Assembly (NCBI GenBank): GCA_947626655.1
Contig: CANQTA010000001.1
Location: 22,750-86,749, forward strand
DNA: 64,000 bases
DNA from: an uncultured Bacilli bacterium
Lineage (GTDB): Bacteria; Bacillota_I; Bacilli_A; RF39; UBA660
Direction of reading: 5' to 3'
Shown: positions 49,048-60,085 of the stretch, in pieces
Layout: each line of letters opens with the position of its first letter
Numbering within the stretch: the first letter of the stretch is position 1
Program-made: the position numbers and the translations under genes
The notes under the pieces: generated by a model
The model's database searches: none
Told to the model about the DNA's origin: nothing
The model's input: only the letters and a program-made list of their open reading frames with translations

Positions 49048-51981
49048 CTAAATATTTTGTAATTCGACTCCTACTACTTTAGAAACTCCCGCATTTTGCA
49101 TCGTAATACCATATAAAACATCAGCATATTCCATCATTCTTTTTTTATGAGTAATTAATATATATTGACTATCTAATTTCTTTTTATTTAAATATTCTCC
49201 AAATAAATCGACATTTACTTCATCTAAAGCGGCTTCAACTTCATCTAAAACAATAAATGGAACGGGAGCAACATTTAAAATGGCAAACAATAGACAAATA
49301 GCAGTTAAACTTTTTTCACCGCCTGATAAACTTTGGGTATTATGTAATTTTTTACCAGGAGGAATAACTATCATTTCGATACCAGTATTTAAATAATCAT
49401 TAGGATCGGTTAATTCTAACTTACCAACTCCACCTTGGAACATTATTTTAAATACTTTACTAAATTCTTGGGCTATAGCTGCAAAAGTAGTTTTAAATCT
49501 TTCAGTCATAATATTATCCATATCACTAATTATTGTTTTTAAACCAGTAATTGAAGTTTCCAAATCATTTTTTTGATTAGTTAAAAATTCATATCTTTCA
49601 TTAATTCTTTTGTATTCTTCTATACTACCTGTATTAACTTCCCCTAAAGATTTTATATCTTGTTTAATTTTTTGAACATTAGCTCTAGCTAAGTTTTCTT
49701 CAATATCTAATATAAAATGATTTTGAGCATATTCATAAGTCATATTATACTCTTCATTTAAAGTAAGTAATAAATTATCTAATTTAACATTTAATTTACC
49801 AACATTTACAGAAGCATTATTAAGTTCATTAGCTACTATTTTATATTCAGCATTAATTTTATTACTAATATTTTCTAATTCACTTAAATGATTATTTAAA
49901 TCATCTTTAGTATCTTTCAAACTTTGTAAATTTTGTTCTAACTTTTCTTTTTCAATATTTAAATCATTTAACTTAGTCATAATATTTGTCAATGTTTGAT
50001 CTAAGCTGTTAGTTTGCAGAGCATTAATACCTTGAATATCATTTTTTATTACTTTTAATTGTTCTTCTTTAGTAGCTAATAAATTCATTTTATTAACACG
50101 TAACATTTCTTTACTAACAATAACTTCTTTTAATTCTAAAATTTTCTTATTTATGATTTCTTTATCATTATTTAATTCTTTTAAATTATTTTCTAAGTTA
50201 GTAATCCTATCTTGAATATTATTATAACTATTTTTTAATTTTTCTAATTCTCCTCTTAAATTATTAAAATTATTCTTCTTATTATTACCACCACTTATTG
50301 AACCACCAGCATAAATAATACTACCATCTAAAGCAACAACTCGGTATTTATACTCCATAATTCTAGCTATTACATTCATACTATCAATATCTTTAGCTAC
50401 AATAACGTTGCCTAGTTGATTCTCTATAATATTTTGATATTTTTTATCATATTCTATTAAATCTGATAGTAAGCCAACATAACCATTAATGTTAATTAAT
50501 CTTTCTTTAGTAAAAGTATCGATATAACGTGATTTAATAATATTTAAAGGTAAGAATGTAGCCCGGCCAATTTGTTTTTCTTTTAAATAGTTAATGGCCA
50601 TTTTAGCAGCTTCTTCGTTATCAACTATTAAGAAATTTTTGGCATTTCCTAAAACAACATCTAAACAAAGATTGTATTCATCAGGAACTTTAATTAAATT
50701 ACCTATGGTATTATGAATACCGGTTAGACGAGTATTATTTAAAATGTTTTTAACACTTAAAGGTAAGCCTTCATTATTTAAAATATTAGCTTCTGTAATA
50801 TTTATTTGGTTTTCTTTAACTAGCTTTTCTTTAACTAAATCATTTAATTCTTCTTCATAACTAGTTATTTTTAAATTATTACTATTGTTTTCGAAAACAT
50901 AATTATTATTTAATTCATTTTTTTCTTTAATCTCTTTATTTAATATATCTATTTCATTATTAACTATTTCTATTTCTTTAATAATATTTAATTCATTTTC
51001 TTTTAAATTAATTAAATTATTTTTAATTTTATCATCGCTATATTCATATTTACATCTTTCAACGGTAATTCTTTTTTCACTATCTAAACGGGCTATTTCT
51101 TCTGTTAAACTAATTAATTTTTTATTTAAAATATTAATTTCATCATCGACTTTATAAATATCTAATTTTATTTTTTCTAATTCTTCAGTATTACTACTAG
51201 TATTCATTCCTTCTAATTTTAAAGTTAATTCTTTTTCTTTAGCTAAAAAAGTATTATATTCTTTATTAAGTTCCGTAATATCTTTCGTAATTAGGGCACA
51301 TTCTATATTTTTTAAATTATCTTTTAATTCTAAATACTGCGTAGCTATACTAGCTTGTTTTTTTAAAGGTTCTAAGGAAGTCTGTAATTCTTCAATAACT
51401 AAATTAACACTAGCTAAATTGTCGCTAGCTTTGGCCATTTTTTTTAAAGATTCTTCTTTTCGTTTTTTATATTTTAAAACTCCTGCAGCATTTTCAAAAA
51501 TAAGCCGACGTTCAATTGGCTTGGAATTAACAATATCGGTAACTGTTCCTTGAGAAATAATATTAAAAGCATCACTGCTAGAACCAGAATCAATAAATAA
51601 ATCAGTAATGTCTTTTAATCTAACTTTACTATTATTAATATAATATTCATTCTCACCATTTTTATAGACTATTCTTTTAACTTCGATTTCTTTAAACTCA
51701 CTATGTAAATAATTATCACTATTATCAAAAGTTAAAGTTACCGCAGCTTTATTTAATGCCTCTTTATATAAAGAACCAGCAAATATAACATCACTCATTG
51801 AAGAAGATCCACGTAATGATTTAACTGATTGTTCACCTAAAACCCAACGAATGGCATCAACAATATTACTTTTACCAGAACCATTAGGTCCTACTATAGC
51901 GGTTATTCCCTTCTTAAATTCAAATACAGTCTTTTCCGCAAAAGATTTAAAACCATCTATTTTAATACTTTTTAAATACAT
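49048..51981 (-). CDS. smc: chromosome segregation protein SMC
   Basis: N-terminal Walker A ITAIVGPNGSGKSNIVDAIRWVLGEQS, long coiled coils, a hinge and a C-terminal LSGGEKSLTAICLLFAI..PFIVLDEVEAALD. 977 aa, downstream of rnc. Confidence 0.9.
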   Translation of the reverse strand: MYLKSIKIDGFKSFAEKTVFEFKKGITAIVGPNGSGKSNIVDAIRWVLGEQSVKSLRGSSSMSDVIFAGSLYKEALNKAAVTLTFDNSDNYLHSEFKEIEVKRIVYKNGENEYYINNSKVRLKDITDLFIDSGSSSDAFNIISQGTVTDIVNSKPIERRLIFENAAGVLKYKKRKEESLKKMAKASDNLASVNLVIEELQTSLEPLKKQASIATQYLELKDNLKNIECALITKDITELNKEYNTFLAKEKELTLKLEGMNTSSNTEELEKIKLDIYKVDDEINILNKKLISLTEEIARLDSEKRITVERCKYEYSDDKIKNNLINLKENELNIIKEIEIVNNEIDILNKEIKEKNELNNNYVFENNSNNLKITSYEEELNDLVKEKLVKENQINITEANILNNEGLPLSVKNILNNTRLTGIHNTIGNLIKVPDEYNLCLDVVLGNAKNFLIVDNEEAAKMAINYLKEKQIGRATFLPLNIIKSRYIDTFTKERLININGYVGLLSDLIEYDKKYQNIIENQLGNVIVAKDIDSMNVIARIMEYKYRVVALDGSIIYAGGSISGGNNKKNNFNNLRGELEKLKNSYNNIQDRITNLENNLKELNNDKEIINKKILELKEVIVSKEMLRVNKMNLLATKEEQLKVIKNDIQGINALQTNSLDQTLTNIMTKLNDLNIEKEKLEQNLQSLKDTKDDLNNHLSELENISNKINAEYKIVANELNNASVNVGKLNVKLDNLLLTLNEEYNMTYEYAQNHFILDIEENLARANVQKIKQDIKSLGEVNTGSIEEYKRINERYEFLTNQKNDLETSITGLKTIISDMDNIMTERFKTTFAAIAQEFSKVFKIMFQGGVGKLELTDPNDYLNTGIEMIVIPPGKKLHNTQSLSGGEKSLTAICLLFAILNVAPVPFIVLDEVEAALDEVNVDLFGEYLNKKKLDSQYILITHKKRMMEYADVLYGITMQNAGVSKVVGVELQNI

Positions 51982-51993
51982 ACCTCTAACAAC

Positions 51994-52650
51994 TCACTTT
52001 GCACTTTTCCGATAAGCATCATAGGCGGCTTTTTGCTCGGCTTCTTTTTTACTTTTACCTATCCCACGACCATAGATAATATTATCTATTTTGACAACAT
52101 ATTCAAATGTTTTATCATGAGCTTCGCCATATTCATTAACTAACACATATTCTAAAGATTTTTTATCAGTTTGGACATATTCTTGTAACTTGGTTTTATA
52201 ATCGCCAAAAAATTCAAAATCTTTTTTTATATAGGGAATCATAATCCTAGTTAAATATTCTTGGGCTTTTTGAAAGCCAAAACTTAAATAAATAGCTCCT
52301 AAAACACTTTCGAAAACATCAGCGATGATTGTATCATTTACATTATTACTTTGTCCATGGCCAACTTTAATATATTTATCTAAACCAATATCTTTTGAGT
52401 ATTGAGCTAAGGCTTGTTCACAAACAAAACCAGCTCTTTTTTTAGTCATTACTCCTTCAGGATAATCAGTATTTAAATAAAAATATTCACTAGTAAAAAG
52501 TTCTAAAACGGCATCGCCTAAATATTCTAATCTTTCATAATTTATAGTATTTCTATGTTCATTGGAATAACTACTATGAGTAAGAGCCTCATCTAATAAT
52601 TCTTGATTAATTCCTTCTAAATTGTATGTTTTTATGAATTTCATTTCCAA
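51994..52650 (-). CDS. rnc: ribonuclease III
   Basis: RNase III signature ERLEYLGDAVLEL plus a C-terminal dsRBD (GIGKSKKEAEQKAA). Confidence 0.85.
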   Translation of the reverse strand: MEMKFIKTYNLEGINQELLDEALTHSSYSNEHRNTINYERLEYLGDAVLELFTSEYFYLNTDYPEGVMTKKRAGFVCEQALAQYSKDIGLDKYIKVGHGQSNNVNDTIIADVFESVLGAIYLSFGFQKAQEYLTRIMIPYIKKDFEFFGDYKTKLQEYVQTDKKSLEYVLVNEYGEAHDKTFEYVVKIDNIIYGRGIGKSKKEAEQKAAYDAYRKSAK

Positions 52651-52720
52651 CCACCATCTTAAACATTATATCATAATAGTTTTTAAAAAAGAAGTGATTT
52701 AATCTGGGAAATTGGGAGAA

Positions 52721-53548
52721 TTAATCTTTATTTTTTTGAACATTAATGCTACTTTCTAATTTTTGGATTTCTTCCTCCTTTAAACCAGTAATTTCTTCTA
52801 TATCTTTGATTGTCATGCCTTTCTTTAACATATTTTTAGCTATTTCTAAAGAATTATCATGTCTAGCATAACGTTCTCTGGCTTCTTGAATCATTTTGGC
52901 TTCTTCTTCATAAGATACTAATCTTGTTATACTATCATCATCATTGATTACAAACATTTTTTCCTCGACCTCCCTTACTAATTTATCTTGCTTACTTAAT
53001 TTTTCTATTTCTTCTTTACTAGCACTTAACATTACTAAATAGATATGTTCTAAATCCCCTTGGATATTTTTATCATACCACATTCTTTTATATTCTACAA
53101 GATTGACATTGATTATCCGAATGTCTTCACTATATACCCCACCATTTATTCTATCTATTAACATATAATCTTCTTTTAAATGACCAATATCATTATAATT
53201 TAAATTGATTTGGATTATTTTATTATCTTCTAATAATTTACCTTTCTTTGCTATTTGACTACACAAAGTAGCTAAATAGATAATATTTCTTTTCTTTATT
53301 ATTTCATCAAAACAAGGATTTACTTCCACATTTATTGTTTCATGATTTTCCGTTTCTACTACAACATCTAAGACATTTAATTTCATCCCCATATTTAGAA
53401 TTGGTAATTCAGTTGGTTTTACTATTTTAATAGTTATTTTTTCTTCTAAAATATCACTAATTATTTTTTCTAATAATTCATTATTATCATTTAACATAAT
53501 TGTCTTAAACATTCGATCATTATTCAAAGTATAAAATTTTTTACGCAT
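52721..53548 (-). CDS. Rpn-family PD-(D/E)XK recombination-promoting nuclease / putative transposase
   Basis: N-terminal NDRMFKTIMLNDNNELLEKIISDIL, a central D...(V)E.Q PD-(D/E)XK-like core (LDVVVETENHETINVEV) and a C-terminal KGMTIKDIEEITGLKEEEIQKL tail typical of this family. Confidence 0.5.
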   Translation of the reverse strand: MRKKFYTLNNDRMFKTIMLNDNNELLEKIISDILEEKITIKIVKPTELPILNMGMKLNVLDVVVETENHETINVEVNPCFDEIIKKRNIIYLATLCSQIAKKGKLLEDNKIIQINLNYNDIGHLKEDYMLIDRINGGVYSEDIRIINVNLVEYKRMWYDKNIQGDLEHIYLVMLSASKEEIEKLSKQDKLVREVEEKMFVINDDDSITRLVSYEEEAKMIQEARERYARHDNSLEIAKNMLKKGMTIKDIEEITGLKEEEIQKLESSINVQKNKD

Positions 53549-53685
53549 TATCTTCTTCTCTCTTTCTCGAGTTACTTATTTTAGCTTTTATTTTACTACT
53601 TGCAATACTTTCGACAAATGATGTCAAAACTTCTTATTTTTCGACATTTAAAAAGACAATATTTCTATTATCTCATTAAAATATA

Positions 53686-54129
53686 TTATTTATTTTTACT
53701 ATCAATTATAATAGTTATAGGTCCATCATTAGTTATATTAACAATCATTTCAGCTCCAAAAATGCCAGTTACAGTGGGAACTAGAGCATTTAATTTTTGA
53801 TTAAATAAATCATATAATTTACTAGCTTCTTGACCATTTAAAGCTTTAATATAACTAGGGCGATTACCTTTTTTAGTATCAGCATATAAGGTAAATTGAC
53901 TAATAGATAAAATACGACCTTTAGTATCTAAAATACTTTTATTCATAATTCCATTTTCATCATCAAAAATTCGTAAATTAACAATTTTTTTTACAATATA
54001 ATCGATATCAGTTTCATCATCACCTTCTGTAAAACAAGATAATATGACGAGTCCAGCATCAATACTATTATATATTTTATTATCAATAACTACATTACTG
54101 TTTTTACTCCTTTGAATTACTACTTTCAT
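53686..54129 (-). CDS. dtd: D-aminoacyl-tRNA deacylase
   Basis: MKVVIQRS.., SQFTLYAD and NDGPITIII are Dtd motifs. Overlaps the relA stop as in relA-dtd operons. Confidence 0.85.
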   Translation of the reverse strand: MKVVIQRSKNSNVVIDNKIYNSIDAGLVILSCFTEGDDETDIDYIVKKIVNLRIFDDENGIMNKSILDTKGRILSISQFTLYADTKKGNRPSYIKALNGQEASKLYDLFNQKLNALVPTVTGIFGAEMIVNITNDGPITIIIDSKNK

Positions 54130-56267
54130 ATATCCATCACTTCAATTCCTTTAAATTTAGCAATTTGTTTTTTAAATTTATCTAACTCATCTTTATCTTT
54201 AACCCGTACCATAACCGTACATATTACTCCTTCATCAGTATCATGGTTTTTAATCTCAGCTATAGCTATTTTCATTCTAGTAGATTCACTAATTAAATCC
54301 ATTAAAAAGTTTGAATTATTAGTACTAATAATTTTAACAATACTGTAATAAGTATTATTACAATTAGGATTCCATTCTACTTTAATTAATTTATCTTCTT
54401 TATGTATAACATTATTACAAGTACTTTTATGAACAGAAACACCTTCTCCTTTTGTAATAAAACCTACTATGGCATCACCTTTAACTGGCATACAACATTT
54501 AGCTAAAGAATAAAGAATATTAGTATTACCATCGACAATAATATCATCTTTAGTATTAGCTAAATTCTTTTTACTAACTCTTTCCATTAAGACATCTTCA
54601 ACATTATTTTTATCTTCTTTAGTTAAATTAATAATGTAACCAGCAGTAAAACGTAAAGAACCAATTGATAAATACAATTCATCTAAATCATTCATTTTTA
54701 AATCAGCAAAAATTTTCTTTAAATTATTATCATTAATAATATCATTAAAAGATAATTTTCTTTTTCGAATTTCTTTTTCTAAAATATTTTTACCTTTCGC
54801 GATATAATTTTCACGATCTTTTTTACTAAAATAAGATTTAATCTTGGATTTTGCTTGTTGTGTTTTAACAAAATTTAACCAATCTTCATTAGGAGTAGCA
54901 TTTTTATTAGTAATAACCTTTACTATATCATTATTTTGTAAATTATAAGATAAAGGGACAATATTATCATTGACAATCGCTCCGACGGTTGTATCACCAA
55001 TCCCACTATGAATACGATAAGCAAAATCGACTGGAGTAGCATCTTTAGGAAGTTCTATAACATCACCCTTAGGGGTAAAAACATAAATTAATTCTCCTAA
55101 AAGATTAGCTTCCATGGATGAAGCAAAAGATGTGTCAGATTCATCACTATTTGTTTCAATAATATTACGAAACATTTCTAATTTTTGTTCCATAATTGCC
55201 TGAACTTTTTTCGTTCCTTTTTCTTTATATGACCAATGGGACGCGATACCTTTTTCTGCTATTTCATCCATTTCATAAGTTCGCACTTGAACTTCATAAA
55301 CTTCGCCATCAGAACCAAACACAGTAGTATGTAAACTTTGATACATATTTTCTTTAGGATTAGCTATATAATCTTTAAATCTTTTAGGAACGGGACGATA
55401 TTTAGAATGGATTAGTCCAATAACCCGATAACAATCAGTTTCTTTTTCTACGAATATTCTTAAAGCTAAAATATCATAAATTTGATCCCATCTTTTTCCG
55501 TTATTTAATTTATTATAGATACTATAAACACTTTTAACCCGACCCTTTATTTCATAAGGAATATCATTTTCTTGTAATAAATGTGATAAACTTTCTTTCA
55601 TTTCTTCTAAGTTATCATTAAGTTCTAAGGTTGTTTTATTAAGTCTTTCTAAGATATCTTCATAAACACCTGGTTTTAAAATTTTTAAGCATATATTCTC
55701 TAATTCACTTTTAATAGAATTAATACCTAAACGATGTGCAATTGGAACTAAAACAGCCATAGTTTCCCTAGCTTTATCTTTTTGTTTTTCTTCTTTGACA
55801 GCCCAATTAGTTCGCATATTATGTAAACGGTCAGCTAATTTTAAATATAAGACCCGTGGATCTTCAGCTAAACCTACTAATACTTTTCTTAAATATACAG
55901 CTGATACTTCTGAATCATCCATTAATTCTAATTTATTAATTTTAGATACACTATCGACAATTAAAGCTACTTCACTTCCAAATTCTTTTTCAATATCTTC
56001 TTTCGTAATATCATCACTACTATTTAAAACTTCATGTAATAAAGCAGCAATAATAGTTATATCATCGACATTTAAATCGATTAAAATATTAGCAACATGT
56101 AATGGATGTGTAATAAAAGGATCTCCGGATAAACGATAGGTACCTTCATGGACTTTTGAAGCATAAAGATAAGCTTTCTCAATTTTATCTAAAGAATCTT
56201 TATATTTATCTATTAATCTTTTTTTAACTATTTCATATGATATAAATTCATCATGCATTATCATCAT
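54126..56267 (-). CDS. relA: bifunctional (p)ppGpp synthetase/hydrolase Rel (RelA/SpoT family)
   Basis: HD hydrolase domain (HPLHVANIL...DRLHNMRT), synthetase domain (ALRIFV.., YQSLHTTV), TGS and ACT domains, 713 aa. Confidence 0.9.
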   Translation of the reverse strand: MMIMHDEFISYEIVKKRLIDKYKDSLDKIEKAYLYASKVHEGTYRLSGDPFITHPLHVANILIDLNVDDITIIAALLHEVLNSSDDITKEDIEKEFGSEVALIVDSVSKINKLELMDDSEVSAVYLRKVLVGLAEDPRVLYLKLADRLHNMRTNWAVKEEKQKDKARETMAVLVPIAHRLGINSIKSELENICLKILKPGVYEDILERLNKTTLELNDNLEEMKESLSHLLQENDIPYEIKGRVKSVYSIYNKLNNGKRWDQIYDILALRIFVEKETDCYRVIGLIHSKYRPVPKRFKDYIANPKENMYQSLHTTVFGSDGEVYEVQVRTYEMDEIAEKGIASHWSYKEKGTKKVQAIMEQKLEMFRNIIETNSDESDTSFASSMEANLLGELIYVFTPKGDVIELPKDATPVDFAYRIHSGIGDTTVGAIVNDNIVPLSYNLQNNDIVKVITNKNATPNEDWLNFVKTQQAKSKIKSYFSKKDRENYIAKGKNILEKEIRKRKLSFNDIINDNNLKKIFADLKMNDLDELYLSIGSLRFTAGYIINLTKEDKNNVEDVLMERVSKKNLANTKDDIIVDGNTNILYSLAKCCMPVKGDAIVGFITKGEGVSVHKSTCNNVIHKEDKLIKVEWNPNCNNTYYSIVKIISTNNSNFLMDLISESTRMKIAIAEIKNHDTDEGVICTVMVRVKDKDELDKFKKQIAKFKGIEVMDI

Positions 56268-56273
56268 TCCTTA

Positions 56274-56531
56274 TTAATTTTTATTTTTTAGATATTCTTT
56301 TATCTCTAAAATATCAATATTTAGAATATCATCTACTAAATCATGGATTCCTAAATCTTTTTTATTAACCCATTTTTTATCTAAACAATAATTCCATAGA
56401 TTAACCGGTGTCAAATCCGTTATTTTCAATCTTTTAAATTCGCTTAGTTTAGCATTTAAAGCTGGTAATAATCTAGTATATAATTCTGTTACAGAAGTAA
56501 ATTTTTCTGGATTATCTGCCATAAATACCAC
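56274..56531 (-). CDS. small ComN/YrzD-like post-transcriptional regulator family protein (85 aa)
   Basis: Size, position and W..C...K.......H.L.DDILN pattern resemble ComN. Weak call. Confidence 0.3.
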   Translation of the reverse strand: MVFMADNPEKFTSVTELYTRLLPALNAKLSEFKRLKITDLTPVNLWNYCLDKKWVNKKDLGIHDLVDDILNIDILEIKEYLKNKN

Positions 56532-56585
56532 CTTGCTTTCATATATTTATTATATATTATTTTTTTAAACTTTTAAAGGAGTTTT

Positions 56586-57887
56586 ATGAAGAAGAAAAAT
56601 ATATTTTTAAAATCAACTATTATTTTAATTATTGGGGGTATAATTACTAAAATATTAGGCTTTATTATCCGAATTATTTATACCAGAATTGTGGGAGCTG
56701 AAGTTTTAGGACTTTATTCATTAGTAACTCCCACTTATTCACTTTTAATTACTATTGCCACAATGGCTTTACCAATTACGATTTCCAAGTTGGTTGCGGA
56801 AAGTAAAGAAAGTAATTTAAAAATAATTTCTACTTCCACTATTTTAATTATGAGTATTAATTTCTTTGTAGTGATAGTCATGCTCTTTTGTGCAAAATTT
56901 ATTGCTATTAATCTATTACACGAAGAAAGATGTTATTTACTGATTATTGCCATGAGTTTAACTTTTCCTATTATCTCTTTATCTAGTATTATTAAAGGAT
57001 ATTATTATGGAAAACAAAATATGATACCTAATGTTGTCTCAAATATTATCGAACAATTAGTAAGAGGCGTACTTATTTATTTATTTGTACCACCTTTAAT
57101 GGCAAAAAGTGAAATTTTAGCTGCCTCATCTCTCTTTGTATTTTCTTTTATCGAAGAAATAGTATCAATATTTGTCAATCTATTGTTTTTGCCGAAAAAT
57201 ATTAAAATAAAGAAACAAAATTTAATTCCTAGTAAAAGTACTTTTAAAAGTATTTTAAGTATCTCTCTTCCTACAGTATCTTCCCGAATTATCGGTAATA
57301 TTGGCTATTTCTTTGAACCAATTATCTTAACTAATCTCTTATTATTTTCCGGCTATTCTAATGAATATATACTGATTCAGTACGGAGCTTATAATGCTTA
57401 TACTATTACAATATTAACTGTACCATCTTTCTTTATTACTGCCATTTCTTCAGCTTTAGTTCCAGAAATAAGCAAACATTTACAAGATCGTGACAATTCT
57501 TCAATGTTAAAAAGATTAAAAGAAGCTTTAGCATTTGCTTTATTTATTGGGATAGGCTATTCAATTATTTTATATTTCTTTGATGATGTTATTTTAAAAT
57601 CTTTATATAATACTAGTTTAGGACTTAATTATATTAAAATATTAACCCCAATATTTCCTCTTTTTTATTTAGAAGCTATATTAATGAGTTTTTTACAAGC
57701 TATTAATAAAGCCCATATTACGATGAAAATAACGATTATTGGCGTAATTGTCAAGTTAGGCGTTTTAGCACTCACTTCTTTAATGCATATTGGCATGTAT
57801 TCTTTAATTGCTTCTGAAATTGCAAATATTGTTTTAGTAGTCTTTTTAAACTTCTATTATGTTCATAAATTTACGAAAAATTTATAA
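56586..57887 (+). CDS. MOP-superfamily polysaccharide/lipid-II flippase (MurJ/SpoVB-like)
   Basis: About 12 predicted TM helices. The N-terminal IIGGIITKILGFIIRIIYTRIVGAEVLGLYSL is typical of SpoVB/MurJ-type exporters. Confidence 0.6.
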   Translation: MKKKNIFLKSTIILIIGGIITKILGFIIRIIYTRIVGAEVLGLYSLVTPTYSLLITIATMALPITISKLVAESKESNLKIISTSTILIMSINFFVVIVMLFCAKFIAINLLHEERCYLLIIAMSLTFPIISLSSIIKGYYYGKQNMIPNVVSNIIEQLVRGVLIYLFVPPLMAKSEILAASSLFVFSFIEEIVSIFVNLLFLPKNIKIKKQNLIPSKSTFKSILSISLPTVSSRIIGNIGYFFEPIILTNLLLFSGYSNEYILIQYGAYNAYTITILTVPSFFITAISSALVPEISKHLQDRDNSSMLKRLKEALAFALFIGIGYSIILYFFDDVILKSLYNTSLGLNYIKILTPIFPLFYLEAILMSFLQAINKAHITMKITIIGVIVKLGVLALTSLMHIGMYSLIASEIANIVLVVFLNFYYVHKFTKNL

Positions 57888-58976
57888 ATACCATAACTTT
57901 TCGGCATTTTTATAAACGGTTTTAATAAAGCCACAACCTAAGCATTCTTCCCCAAGATACAAAACACAAGCTTGACCAGGAGTAACTGCTTTAGCCTTGC
58001 TTGGATATTTTACTAAAATCTCATTATTTTCTAAATACTCTAAAGTTACGGGAATATCTTCACCGCGATAACGGAATTTAGCGGTACAAAAAGTGGGATG
58101 CGTACTACTTATAAAATTAACATTATCAATTAAACAAGCATCACTATATAAATATTCTTCATCGCCAATAGTAACATATAAAATATTTTTCTCTAAATCT
58201 TTCCCACACACAAAATGTCTTTCAGTATTACCAGAAATGCCAACATTTTTACGTTGACCGATAGTATAATTCATAAGGCCATGATGTTCACCAATCACTT
58301 CTTTAGTTTTTATATCAATTATTGGTCCTTTATTTTCTTTTAAATAATTTTGAATAAATTTTTGGAAATTACGTTCGCCAATAAAGCAAATACCAGTGGA
58401 ATCTTTTTTAGTAGCAACGGCTAAATGTTGTTCTTCGGCTATTTTTCTAACTTCCGGTTTTGTTAAATTGCCAATTGGAAACATGACATCTTTTAATTCA
58501 TCAACTGTTACATCAGCTAAAAAGTAAGTTTGATCTTTATTCAAATCAACTGCCCTTAAAAGACGATTCTTCACAATTCTTGCATAATGACCTGTAGCAA
58601 TATAATCTGCTCCTAATTTTTTAGCTTCTTTTTTAAATAAATCAAATTTAATATATTTATTACATAACATATCCGGATTAGGAGTACGACCTTTTTTTAA
58701 TTCTTCTAAAAAATATTTAAAAACATAATCCCAATATTCTTTAATGAAATCGACACGATGTAAAGGTATAGCCAAGGTTTCACAAACTTTTTTGGCATCA
58801 TTATAATCTTTTTCTTGCGGACAAATATTATCGGGATTTTCAAAATCTTCCCCATTAACTGTACTATCCCAATTCCGCATAAAAAGGCCAATAACATTGT
58901 AACCTTCTTTTTTTAAAAGATAAGCTGCAACGGCACTATCAACTCCCCCACTCATACCAACAACAACAGTTTCCAT
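57882..58976 (-). CDS. mnmA: tRNA-specific 2-thiouridylase MnmA
   Basis: PP-loop VVGMSGGVDSAVAAYLL, a catalytic Cys region and tRNA-binding C-domains, 364 aa. Confidence 0.85.
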   Translation of the reverse strand: METVVVGMSGGVDSAVAAYLLKKEGYNVIGLFMRNWDSTVNGEDFENPDNICPQEKDYNDAKKVCETLAIPLHRVDFIKEYWDYVFKYFLEELKKGRTPNPDMLCNKYIKFDLFKKEAKKLGADYIATGHYARIVKNRLLRAVDLNKDQTYFLADVTVDELKDVMFPIGNLTKPEVRKIAEEQHLAVATKKDSTGICFIGERNFQKFIQNYLKENKGPIIDIKTKEVIGEHHGLMNYTIGQRKNVGISGNTERHFVCGKDLEKNILYVTIGDEEYLYSDACLIDNVNFISSTHPTFCTAKFRYRGEDIPVTLEYLENNEILVKYPSKAKAVTPGQACVLYLGEECLGCGFIKTVYKNAEKLWYL

Positions 58977-58986
58977 TAAATCACCT

Positions 58987-59940
58987 CTAACACAACCAAA
59001 ATATATATTCTATTAAAACAACATCTTTATTAATTAAACCACTTTTACATTTATAATCTAATTCAGCTAATTTGACAATATTATCCATAATCTCTTCTTT
59101 ATTATACATTCTTAAATTATTATCTACTTTGTTAAATTGCCATTCAGCTAATTTCAAATTAATTAAAATTTCTTTAATATTATACCGATTTTCACGATAA
59201 AGTAAAGTACTAAGCATTAATTTAAATTCTCGATATAATAAACTTAAAATAACTGTTGGTTCCACTTTAAAAAGTTTTATTTCTTCTAAATTTATTAAAG
59301 ATTCTTCTAAATTTTTTGAAATAATGCTATCTACTAATTTAAAATTATTTTCAGTTACACTTTTACAAACTAAATTTAAAACATCTTCATAAGCAATATG
59401 ACATGGTTTATCATAATAATTAAATATTTTATTTAATTCAGCAATAGCTAAATCTAAATTACTTAAAGAATTATTTAAAATATACCATAAACTCTTATCA
59501 TCAACAGTAAATTTATGATCAGTAACAATTTGACTTAAAATATTTTTCATCTCTGTTTTAGTCATTTTGGTATTTTCATAAACATGATTATGTTCTTTAA
59601 TTGTATTATAAATACTTTTTTTAGTATCTACTTTACCATCAACAATAAATATTAATTTAGTTAATTCATTTTCTTTAGCTAAATATTTTTTTAATTTATC
59701 ACTATCTTCTTTATTCTTTTTAGTTTCATCTTTTTTACTAGCTAGAAAAAAGTTAGCATTCTTAATAATAATACATTTTTCTTCAGCAAACATGGAAAAA
59801 TATGAAGCTTCTTCTAAAACTTCATCTAAAGTATTTTCAGCTAAATTAAAAGTGATTATGTTATCTATATCTTTTTTTAATTCTTTTAAAATACTATCAC
59901 GAAAATAAATTGTATCACTAATAATTAAATATGTATTCAT
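58987..59940 (-). CDS. holA: DNA polymerase III delta subunit (HolA-like)
   Basis: Length and motif pattern (YLIISDT.YF....LKEL.., the FSMFAEEKCIIIKNANF region) fit the HolA family. Identity is low. Confidence 0.45.
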   Translation of the reverse strand: MNTYLIISDTIYFRDSILKELKKDIDNIITFNLAENTLDEVLEEASYFSMFAEEKCIIIKNANFFLASKKDETKKNKEDSDKLKKYLAKENELTKLIFIVDGKVDTKKSIYNTIKEHNHVYENTKMTKTEMKNILSQIVTDHKFTVDDKSLWYILNNSLSNLDLAIAELNKIFNYYDKPCHIAYEDVLNLVCKSVTENNFKLVDSIISKNLEESLINLEEIKLFKVEPTVILSLLYREFKLMLSTLLYRENRYNIKEILINLKLAEWQFNKVDNNLRMYNKEEIMDNIVKLAELDYKCKSGLINKDVVLIEYIFWLC

Positions 59941-60085
59941 ATTATTATTATCTCATAAATTATAAAAAGTAGAAAGAGTATTTTTAATTTTTCATAATAA
60001 AAGAGGAAAGTATGTTTTTATACCTTCCTAGGATTAAGTTAATTAGTTTTAACGTGTTTTCTTTCACGATTGTTATTTTTCTTAT

